A DNA stretch of 62,773 bases, filler included, from Sphaeroforma arctica JP610 (Eukaryota), in assembly GCF_001186125.1 (NCBI RefSeq). It is 5 parts of 2 records of this genome, joined end to end, with 100 filler letters (N's around TTAATTAATTAA, not from the genome) between each part and the next. Parts side by side here need not be neighbours in the genome. Positions count along the whole stretch, not along the records: positions 35,984 to 58,736 come from NW_014040539.1; 4 more parts are not named here. One strand, given 5' to 3'. Positions within the stretch are counted from its first letter, which is position 1. Each line of letters begins with the position of its first letter. A model generated the notes under the pieces. The model was given only the letters and a program-made list of their open reading frames with translations. It was not told the DNA's origin and ran no database searches. The translations under genes and the position numbers were made by a program. This document shows positions 40,181 through 53,300 of the stretch, one piece after another.

Positions 40181-43100
40181 GATATATATATATATAGATA
40201 TATATATATAGATATATATACACAAACTTCCCCCTAGTACACAATACATCATGTGTGGTTCTTATACCGTTTGTTGTCATGAATGATCTTCTTCCTTTCA
40301 TCCCGTTCACCGTTGAGTGTTTCGTAGGCTCCCGCAACCTTCTGCTCGAGCGTGGCTGTTTGCTGCTTGAGAGCGGCACTCAGAGTGGACTCGCTGAGTA
40401 AAGTCTCTCGCTGAACCCGGTTGGTGTATGAATAAACCAAAATGGAGTGAGGTAGGTGTATATACTGTATAACAAGCAAAGTCTCTCGCTGAACCCGGTT
40501 AGTGGATGAATAAACCATAATGGAGTGAGGTAGGTGTACATACTGTATAACAAGCAAAGTCTCTCGAACAACCCGGTTGGTGTATGAATAAACCAGAATG
40601 GAGTGAGGTAGGTGTACATACTGTATAACAAGCAAAGTGAGAAATTAATAGGGCAAACAGAGTGAACACACACTATGAAAGGATAATAAGATCTATAGAA
40701 ATAACACACGCACTATAATCCGTATATAATATTTGTATGATTAGGCTACACATAGTGAGTATAGAATACAAGCCCGTTTGGGCTCAGGTGTGGCTATTGG
40801 TTGTTTGGGATTGGCTCTCAGGGTGTACTTGCTGAGACAAACGCCCAGAAACCCTAAACTCTAAGCATGGTTTGTATTGGATTGAACAAGTATGGAGTGA
40901 AGCAACCAGAATACATGTCACGCACAGTGCACGTAAAATTGCTAACCACGTAAACCAACAGGAATAGAATAAGAACTTACAATTGGAAAGCATAGACAAC
41001 ATATCCTGTGACGCATATGTTGGGTGTGTTATAAGAAATCCTAACTGACATATACCGTGTCACATATGTTGGATGTGTTATAAGATATCCTATCTGACAT
41101 ATACTGTGTCACATATGTTGGGTGTGTTATAAGATATCCTATCTGTTTAAACATATGCTGGGTGTGTAATAATATATCCTATCTGATATATACTGTGTCA
41201 CATATTTTGGGCGTGTTATAAGATACCCTATCTGCTTGAGTGTGTCCATCGCTGATAACATGCGTGCCACTTATAAGGTGAGCTCAATGAGAACCTTCGC
41301 TCACTCCATATGCCCTGCACATACTAGCTGTAATCACATTATATGATACGAGTATATACTATTATGAGCCGCCATGTATACTACTATGAACAGTAACCAC
41401 ATGGTATGATACAAATATATACTACTATAAACAGTAACTACATGATGTGCTACAAATATGTATCACTATGAGCCGTAACCACAGGATATGATACAAATAC
41501 ATATTACTACCAACGGCACCAGAACGTATATGTCTCCGTGTTTCCGTCGCATATATCACTGTGGGTTCGCTCCGTCGCCCGTTTCATTTCATAATAGAGG
41601 TGCACAGATACGGGTGTATAGGCAAGCACCGTACCGTACAATTGTGCCTGTATGCTTCTAAGACCTGACATACAACATACATACATATCTCCAGCCACTT
41701 CCGGGGACACTCACAGAACACATCTATGTGCGCAAAATCTCATATAGTCTTATATTTTCACTTCTAATGATTCAGAATCGAGCCGAATACACGCATGTGT
41801 GTACATACAGAGACATCGTATGGTATATATATATATATATGAGTGCTTGAAAACATGTTGTTTCTTATACGCCTACACACTCAAGGTACATACATGTACA
41901 TGATAAAAACAAAAACCAAAGAACAAAAAACCTAAAACTCCTCAAGGGACTGTGAAAGAACACATCTCTGTGCGCAGTGTCTCGTATGTTTTCATCGCTA
42001 GCGCCTTCTCCTTCTCCAGTTCACTTTCGCAATGTATATAAACATGCACTCAGGCATACACTATGTCACATACACATACATATAAACATGCACTCAGGCA
42101 TACACTCTAAGCCACATACACATACATATAAACATGCACTCAGGCATACATTCTAAGTCACATACACATACCTATAAACATGCACTCAGACATACATTTT
42201 AAATCACATACACATACATACACCATGCAGACACACCTCTGTGCGCAGTGTCTCGTATGTTTTTATGGCCAGCTCCTTCTCCTTCTCTAGTTCACTCTCG
42301 AGGTGTTGCATGGTCTTGCGTTCACTCTCCAGTCTCTTGTCAGCGGTCGACAGTTTGCGTTCGAGCTCACTGATAGCCTGCTCCTTCTCGTCTAGCAGAT
42401 TCTACGTGCACAGGAAGTAACCGTAGTTTATGTATGTAAGCGGGTTAAACGCAAACAAGATGTAACCGTAGATTATGTATGTAAGCGGAGAGTATGAATG
42501 ATCCAGGTTAAACGTATACAGGGAAGTCACCATAGTTTATATAAGTATGTATGGGTTGTTCAGATTAAACGCATACATGAAGTAATTGTAATTTACAGAA
42601 GTAAGTATGGGTTGTCCTGATTAAACGCATACAGGAAGTATTCGTAATTTACAGAAGTAAGTATGGGTTGTCCAGGTTAAACGCATACAGGAAGTAATTG
42701 TAATTTACAGAAGTAAGTATGGGTTGTCCAGGTTAAACGCATACAGAAGTAATCGTAATTTATAGAAGTAAGTATGGGTTGTCCAGGTTAAACGCATACA
42801 TGAAGTATTCGTAATTTACAGAAGTAAGTATGGGTTGTCCAGGTTAAACGCATACATGAAGCAATCGTAATTTATAGAAGTAAGTATGGGTTGTCCAGAT
42901 TAAACACATACAGGAAGTAATCGTAATTTACAGAAGTATGCGCTGTTCAGGTTAAACGCATACAGAAAGTCACCGTAGTTTACATAAGTATGGGTTGTTC
43001 AGGTTAAACGCATACGGGAAGGAATCGTAGGGTGTATATAGTAATTAGTATTTGAGTCTCTCCATCGGAAACCCTACGCATATGTGTGGCAGTTGTGTAT

Positions 43101-43430
43101 TGCACGCTCGTGTCCTGCAACTGTTACGTTTAGGTGCATAACTTTGGCGTGTGTGTGCCACATAAACGAGCGGATGTGTATACGAGATATATCCCTGAGA
43201 TAACAGCGGCTACGTGCAACCATATGTGAGCAGTTCTATACGCATGTGTGAAGTGTGTAGATGCTTCCAATTGGCGTAGTGAACCTGCTTTGCCGAGCAA
43301 TACACGTACATATCTATGTACAGGTATGCGTGTTTGTGTGTTTATGTATATATCTGTTCAGGTAAATTTTCAGGTCCTTTCCCCTGTAAGAATGTCTCGC
43401 TTCTTCATTCGTGTAAATACACCTATATGC

Positions 43431-43473
<43 letters not shown>

Positions 43474-46400
43474 CATATACACATACATACACACATATAC
43501 ATATACACAAATAGCCCTATATATATATATATATACATCTATGTGTGTGCATGCATGTGCGAAGGCTTATGACCAAATCTTTGTTGTCTAGTGCTCACAC
43601 TTTGCCACAGAATTGATCAAGGCACGTGAAACGCGTTGAAGTCATAACTACGCGGTCTGTGTTGGCCGGACGATGTAGGAGACATCTGTAGAACTACAGG
43701 AAAACGCTCACTACACATCCTGTATACATATCAATCATATCTACACACGCTGTATACATATCAATCATATAGATGTATGACGACACATATCAATCATATA
43801 GATGTATAAAGACATACCTACGCACCATATACACACCATTACACGTACACACAGTTTACACACCTGCACTTTGTTGCTCTGTTCCACGACGATGCGGAAC
43901 TTGGCCTCCAGTGCACTATGATCTTTCTTCAATTCCGAAAGTTCCTGCAACCCATTCGTACGAAAGGTTAATTCAACAGTCGAATTGTGAGGCACCCTTT
44001 TCTTAAAGGGGATATACATAGAGTTACGCGTAATGGTATACAAACCCAAATATATATATATATATACATTAATATACAGACACATATATATACAGTTTCG
44101 TGGAATGGTGTACACCCAGGTGATGGGACTAATGGTTTGACTATCAGTGACTACACGGGTATATACACGCACTATGCCCCTTGATAAAGAGGATTCAATC
44201 CCATACGCACAGCCACATAGCCGCACAGGCCTCTCTAACAGCTGATATACAATCAAAACACCTGCACGCATGCACTGGCGCTGCTATAGCTGAGTTCAGG
44301 GTTGTAGGGTTTCACTTATCCAGGAGTGAATGCCAACAGACGAATCTGTGGCATCAGAAGGCTCACGCAGTCCTTGAGGATGGTCACTCAGAAAAAAAGC
44401 TTGGCAGCGGTCGTATATATCTACCCATGTAATATACCTACCGTTGTACGCGTGTAGTTGGTCTTGTTGGTACCAATGCGTGAGTACGAGTATATATATA
44501 TATATATATATATATAATCTATATATATTTATACATATAGCAGTAACGTACGTAGCAACTATGTTGCGTGAGTACTTTCGGACAAGCTTCACATGTCACG
44601 ACGGTACAAACGGGCCATGCTCACCCACCATCTCACGCTAGTAGTTGGGGTCGTTTTTATCAGTGGGCAGACATTCGTAAACAGACGTTAAATTGTATAC
44701 AGCAAACACGGTACGATATAACACGCTTCGTACGGGCAGGTCAACAACCAATGCTGTATGCACCCGCCCTGCTATGGTCTTTAAATGGGCCTTCCGACAC
44801 TACTAGCAGATAGGGCTGCATGTAGTCACAACTGCATGCATGCGGCGAATAGGTTTCTTGAAGGGGTTGTAACAGGCCTCGTCCGTAAATAACAACCACC
44901 AAACTAAGGTTGTACATACTCACCCTTCTAACGGGGTTAAAGAGGTTGTGAACACCAAATGGGTGTATAGGCACAGACCTTTGATGGTTAGCAACTGATA
45001 TTTGAGTACACACAGACAAGCTTTGTATGCCACGACCACAAGCACGACCGTGCACACGTACCCGTTCAAGTTTGTAGTTGGTTTTGCTGGTATTGTTGAC
45101 TCGGTCTGTATATCATGAGAGAGACGCAAGGGAAGATGAGGGGCGAGCTATGTAGCATTGATGTGGGCCGTATGTAGTAGACGCATAGACTGACACACTA
45201 CTACAGCATCAAGAACAGGACTATCTATTTAGAAGGTGTACCACGAGGTATATTGTTAAGTGTATATGTCTGTGTATATACATAGTCAAGTGTATATGGA
45301 CTGTGTACATACATAGTTAAGTATATCTGTCTGTGTACATACATAGTTAGGTGAATATGTCTGTGTGCATACTATGTCTATCGAGAAAAGTAGTAATGAA
45401 GTAAATACACACATACGAAAAATACACAGATCGATCAGCAAAAACCGCTGTAAAAAACGGGTATATATATATATAGAACTGTATAGAAGTGACATATGTA
45501 TGTATTGACCATATTACTTAACGTAATGCTCAACGGACCCGATATTGCTATCAGGTTCTACAGTTGTCTCCTATATCGTCGCATGAGACACACATGTCCA
45601 CACAATAAGAAACACAAACCACACGGGGGAAACGGGGTAGTACCGTAACCTCTTTAAGATATATGTGGTCTATATAAGACGTACTATTCGGGCAGGCGAG
45701 ATCGGCCAAATCGATACACATGTGAGCACTATTGCGTTTCAACGCTCTTTATTGTGAGCAATCATATTCCAAGCCATACGAACAGGCCGAATTGGACTAT
45801 CTATTTGGGTATCCTAGTCAACATGTGAATCTGTGCGAGCTGATACGCACACGGACATATGAATATATATGCGTATACGCATATATATAAACAACAAGGC
45901 ATATAGCCGCAGAGATACCTGACAGATACACCTATATAGGCTATCGCATATTCATTTGTGTAGCCCATACATAGTCGTACTTTAGCTCGCACACACACCT
46001 TCGAGTTCTGCCTGGTGCTTGCGTTTTAGGTTCTCCATGTTGAGCACACTCTCATTGAATCGTTTCTGGAACTTCTCCACTTGTATCTGGAGACTCTATT
46101 ATCCATCGCAAAACGAAGCGTGTAAGGTGGTGGTATACGTGTGTGCGTCTTTAAAAGTGATGCATACTACTGGCCAGTCATACCAAAAACTATGGATGAA
46201 CGCGAACGGCACAAATGAATGTGCCCAACATCTGTATACATGTGCACTTGCCAATGTACAGTAACGAACTTGTAAGAGCCGTATGGAACTGTTATCTACC
46301 TCTCGGTTAGCTACGACAATGATTTATATATATATATATATATATATATAAATGTAAATACATACATATATATACACCTACATACATACATATACATAAG

Positions 46401-49400
46401 AATATATGCACAAACACACGCACATATGTGAATATATACACAAACACACACACGCACACACACATATATATACATATATATACATACATACATCCATCCA
46501 TCCATACATACATATATATATATATATATATACATCATATATATATATATGTGTGTGTACATAGATACATACATACGTACATACGCACATACATGCATAT
46601 ATACATACATAAATACAGCTCTCAGTTCACCCCTATCATTTTCCAACAACATTCTCCAAAGACACCTACCGATGCCTCTCTGCGCGAGTATTCGGTGAGC
46701 TTGGTTAGCTGTGTCTCTAACTCATTTGCCTTGCGCGTGAGCTTGGCATTTTCCGTGCCCACCCTCAGCTTCTCCTGCACATATGATTTCACAACAGGGT
46801 AACGAGTGCACTAAGGATTGAGTGTCAACCGTCAGATGACACGTATTGGTGCGTCACCCCAGGACCAAATTCGTAGACTGTAGTAGATAATGGCTCTGGT
46901 AATAACTTTGTATACGCCCACGTTTCTATGTCCACCACACAGTTGGGTTCAGCATAGCTTGTCCTTGAGGTACACGCCTGCGGCCTAAAAACTGATAATA
47001 AAAACTCATCTGCTTAAAATAAAACTCATCTGCGTGTAAGCCCATCTGTTTTTAGGAACTCATCTGCGTGGAAGCACCGACCTGTCAAAGAGGTTAACCT
47101 TTTTCGGATATAGTAGGGGATTGTATCACAATGCCAATTACAACGGATCTTTATAGTAGGTGATTGTATCACAATGCCAATTGTAACTGAGTTTTATAGT
47201 AGGTGATTGTATCACAATGCCAATTGCAACGGATCTTTATAGTAGGTGATTGTATCACAATGCCAATTACAACGGATCTTTATAGTAGGTGATTATATCA
47301 CAATGCCAATTGCAACTGCGTTTTATAGTAGGTGATTGTATCACAATGCCAATTACAACGGAGTTTTATAGTAGGGGATTGTATCACAATGCCAATTACA
47401 ACGGAGTTTTATAGTAGGTGATTGTATCACATTGCCAATTTCAACGGAGTTTTATAGTAGGGGATTGTATCACAATGCCAATTACAACGGATCTTTATAG
47501 TAGGTGATTGTATCACAATGCCAATTGTAACTGAGTTTTATAGTNNNNNNNNNNNNNNNNNNNNAATTACAACGAAATTTTATCGTAGGTGATTGTATCA
47601 TAATGCTAAATACAACGGAGTTCTAGTACGTCTTTTTGGTCGACACATTCTGGTAATACACATCCCTCAAACCGAAAGTGGCCACGCTTCTCTACACATC
47701 ACAACTCCACTCAAAAGCTTGGACGAGAGACTCCCCCCTGGCAAGAGCCCATACTATTAGACCTCAAGGCCACAGCCTATATGAAATAGAACAGACGCCT
47801 CTGATACCCACAGCCAGTACTGTACACACACACGCAAGTAGTAAACGTACCCCTGGCCTCATTCAAAGAGCAGCTTATACCAGGAGCAACTGCACAACGC
47901 ACACTATCCACGCCGTCCCACACACACACACATTTACAATATATATATCTTCATGTCGCTTGTAGACACACTCTCGACAGCGGAATTGAATCTCAGAGCC
48001 TTTTGCATACACACACTCGACAGCAGAACTAAACCGTAGAGCTCTTCACCCGACATCAATCATTGTGCCCATTACGAGCACACACATACCAACAACACCC
48101 ATATCCACACAAACTCAGATGCATTGAGAAGGTTTTCCTGTCCACAGCCACACACACCAACAACACCCATATCCACACAAACTCAGATGCATTGGCAAGG
48201 ATATCCTCTCCACAGCCACACGCACCAACAACAACCATATCCACACAAACTCAGATGCACTGGCAAGGATATCCTCTCCACAGCCACACGCAGACTGGTA
48301 CACACACACGCGCAGGTGGTACAGGTACCTCGGAAAGCATCTTCTTGGCGTCCTTCATCTTGTTGAGCTCGCGCTGTTTGCTGTCCAGCTTCTCCTGCAA
48401 GTTCTTCTGCTCGTTCATGCCCTGTGGTGGTGGTGAGCGGTGGCATAGACTGCACTTTAGTTGATCATATAGTCAGTGTATACTTACATCTGACACAGAT
48501 GAAATGTAGATGGCATAGACTGCACTTTAGTCGATCATATAGTCAGTGTATACCTATATCTGACATAGATGAGATGTAGATGTAGAGGTGCTCCATCAAG
48601 CAGAGTGGTGTGAGGTATATCACACCCACACCACAGGCAGCCCGCCAGCAACAGCATACAACAGTCGCCTATGTCCATGCCAAGCACGGGTTCAGTATCA
48701 TGTGATGCGTGTGGGAACGAAACTGCCATAGATACACGCGCACACACACCGGGGCAATGACATCACCAACAATGGACTTCACTATCGATTCCTGGTACCA
48801 ACATATACACGCCGGTAGTAAGAGTGATATACAGGCAGTAATATATACTAGCCAATGACATTGATATATACTAGTCAATGACACTGATATATACTAGTCA
48901 ATGACACTGTTATATACTAGTCAATGACACTGATATATACTAGCCAATGACACTGATATATACTAGCCAATGACACTGTTATGTACTAGCCAATGACACT
49001 GATATATACTAGTCAATGACACTGTTATATACTAGTCAATGACACTGATATATACTAGTCAATGACACTGTTATATACTAGTCAATGACACTGTTATATA
49101 CTAGCCAATGACACTGATATATACTAGCCAATGACACTGTTATATACTAGCCAATGACACTGATATATACTAGTCAATGACACTGATATATACTACACTA
49201 CACTGCCTGATCAATGGAATATGAATCAGCTGACGATGGACACTCTAGTCTAGAAACACGTAGTGATCTGTCGCTACTGCCCGGATAAGCATAAGATATA
49301 ACATGAACAACTGTCAACATGCGCAATCACACACACACCATCGGCGGAAGCAAGGTCAATAGACTGGTCAGGTTGGTACTGATAGTGTTACTTAACCACT

Positions 49401-49839
49401 AGCAGTCTCTACTACTCCCCGACAACTGATTGCTACATACAGTGGGTCGGTCTTAGCCACATATACGCACGGAAGTTCAAGCCATGTCCTATACAACACA
49501 CGCAGTCCTCATATTAAACCACACCTTGTCAATAATGCGGATCATCTCCTCCATCTCCTGCTTGTACTTCTTGGTCTGCTCTACCAGATAGCGTTCCTTT
49601 TGCTGCAGGTAGATTGTTACAAAGTGCGTGGGTGCGTGGGTTGGGAGCTTGGTACCAGAGAATAGCTATGCAGTGCTGTAAGAGTCCGTACAGGTGGACG
49701 TATCAGAGTTGAGTTCAGCATGTCTCCTTAACATATACGCAGTTCAAGTCTACAGGGTAGAATACACACTTTGCAGTGTGGGTTGAGAGAGGGTTAAGCT
49801 GTATATTGTTCCTAGGACAGTCTAAATAACTAATAGCAT

Positions 49840-49887
<48 letters not shown>

Positions 49888-50321
49888 TTCACATCGAATA
49901 CATACTTTAGCTCGGTGTAATCGAAGTAAAGCCACACACACAATAATATACATATGCGTATATACATATACATATCAGAACCTCTTATTTGCCATCAAAA
50001 ACAAAGACATGCTATGGCTGTGATACCTTGTCCGGCACACAGCTCAACTCAGACACGAACACTCACATGAGGGTATATGCACACAGAAAAATACACACCC
50101 GCATATCTAGATACATATATCAGAAGCTCATATATACCGACACAAGCAAACGTATGTGAGGAGTGATCTGAATGACTTACCTTGTCCGATACTGACCATA
50201 ACTCAGACACAGACACTCACATGAGGGTATCAACACACACACATAAAAAGAATACATACCGGCACATCTAGATACATATATATATATATATATACATACA
50301 AATATACATATACATATACAT

Positions 50322-50366
<45 letters not shown>

Positions 50367-53300
50367 CATATATATATATACATATATATATATACCGTCA
50401 CAAGCAAACGTACGTGATGAGTGACTTGTGTGACCTACCTTGTCCGGCATTGACCCCAACTCAGACGTTGTCTTCTTGGCGCCATAGTGCGCAGTACTTG
50501 CGGTACTGGCCGCAGCCGTGGCACGCCTTGGCGTAGCACTGTTGATGTGGTGGGGTTGTTCGTAGCCATTCACACGCTCTTCATGTCCTGCCATCGCCGC
50601 TACATAAGTGTGTGTTTGTATACATGGAGAGATGCAATGGGTGTAAGTAATCGCGAACGTGATTAGATACATATGCGTGTGTCTGTGCCGTCTGACGTTG
50701 TGTGGCTTTGTATATGTGTGTATGTGGTTGGGGTATGACTGGATGACCCCCTGTTGATCTGCGCGTGGCAATACACAGGTTGTATATATACGTGAACAGA
50801 TGCATGCATATGCATGTAAGTTAGCGAATGTATCGCATGTTAGCGAAGTTTCATATATATGCATGGGTGTGTATCGTCCCATATGGCTATACGAGCAAGC
50901 GTATACTACCAGTACAGCCGATATCCAGCCGCTCTAAATGTTCCGTAAGTAAGCCAATATCTTAAAAGTACAACTGTCCGCGGTTAAAGCAGCCCACGTT
51001 GGTGCTCCTATGTCATATCCTCTCTTCCCAACTGCCCCCAGGCCTCCCACTAACCGTGCTAGTGGGATACAGTACCGATCCATCAACGACGAGTGTGTGG
51101 TGTATCTACTATACAAGTATAACTAGTATAATATGTATACACGTGTACAAGTATTCAAGTATACGCGTATGTATAACTAAATATACGCGTATGAGGCGAA
51201 CGTCTTACCACTTAATGCCTGTGAATACCTCCTTATTCGTCGGTGAAGCATAAGATACAAATGCACCGAGAAAGTAACGATACACAGGCGAAGTAAGCCT
51301 CGCCAGCTCAGGGGAGAGTAACGGAACACAAGAACACGTTAACGGACAGATACGTATACATGATATAAGCACATCACACAAGAACACGTTAACGGACAGA
51401 TACGTATACATAACATAAGCACATCACGCAAGAAAACGTTAATGGACAGATACGTATACATAATATAAGCACATCACATAAGAACACGTTAACGGACAGG
51501 TACGTACACATAACATAAGCACATCACACAAGAACACGATAACGGACAGATACGTATACATAACATAGGCACATCACACAAGAACACGTTAACGGACAGA
51601 TACGTACACATAACATAAGCACATCACACAAGAACACGTTAACGGACAGATACGTATACATGACATAGGCACATCACACAAGAACACGTTAACAGACATA
51701 TACGTATACATAACATAAGCACATCACACAAGAACACGTTAACGGACAGATACGTATACATGACATAGGCACATCACACAAGAACACGTTAACGGACAGA
51801 TACGTATACCTAACATAAGCACATCACACAAGAACACGTTAACGGACAGATACGTACACATAATATAAGCACACCACACAAGAACACGCTAACGGACAGA
51901 TACGTATACATAACATAAGCACATCTTACCAGCCTCCTCCTGTGAGTACAGCGGTACACGACAGGTACCCTGCTGAGTCTGCAACAATACATCTGCTTGA
52001 AGGGGAAGCGAACGTAAAAGTGTCAGTAGGTCGTTGTGAGTGCTTTTTGGGCGTGCGCACACACTATGTACGACTATATTCAGTCAAAATACACCCAATA
52101 CGTTTGCAAGGCATTAGTAGGCATCTACGCCCATTGACCGTACCCATACAACGAATAGGCCAGCTGCTATATACGAATAAACGTAATACAAGTTCCATCA
52201 GTAGGTCTATTGGAAGCACGTGTACACTCAGTATGATAAAACTGTAAGTACGGGTACAGCCACTGCGCACATGCTGGAGACATCTGCACCCCATGCCTCT
52301 ACTAAGCAGGTTCAAATAACCTTGTACGCATGCGTGCAATACTGCTCCATATGGCATGTCTGGGCGTACTATGGGATACACGCAATGTATGTGCTTGGTA
52401 TACGCGCGATCGACTACATACTCATGTTACAAATAATACTTATAACACGTGCTTTTATATGGCATGTAGATATGAACAAGTTCACACAACAGGGTATGTA
52501 CCTGATGCACCTGTGCGTGCAGGTATACGTATACTGAAAACAATAAATATAACATGTGCTTTATATGGCATGTAGATATGAGCATGTTCACACAACAACG
52601 TATGTACCTGATGTGCCTATGCGTGCAGGTACACGTCTACTGAAATCAATAAATATAACATGTGCTTTTATATGCCATGTAGATATGAGCATGTTCACAC
52701 AACAGGGTATGTACCTGATGTGCCTGTGCGTGTAGGTATACCCGAGTAGGTAGCGGGCTGAGTCCGCACATTCGTAGGCGCACGCTCACCCAGTGCATCT
52801 GCGGCGAAAACAACCGATCGAAACCGTAATACAGGTCAGAAAAAGAGCGTAAGGTCAAGTCCCGATATAGTGTGTAAGAAATGGTATAGAGGTAATGAAA
52901 GGTTGAGTATAAACACGTGATCTACTGTGTGAGTATTGTATTGGAGTGGCAGTTGGTAGCAAGTAACGTAAATGTACTGTGAAGATATGGTATACATAGA
53001 GATAATCACAGGGCGAGTATAAACGACCGATACATTGTGTGAGTGATGGAATGGAGGTACTTAACGGATGAGTATAGAGAATCCACTCCGTGCAAGAAAT
53101 ATAATAAAGGCAGGCAAAGGGTGTGTTAACTTTAGTGATATAAAGCCAACCGTGAATGCAGAGACAACCTCGTCAGTACATACTTTTGTGTATATGTATA
53201 TGTATATATATATATGATATTTGCGCGTGTGACAGAATGGAGCTGAAGGGTATAGTGTCTTGTACAGTTGACTGATAGTGCATTGTGGAAAGGTTGGGTT

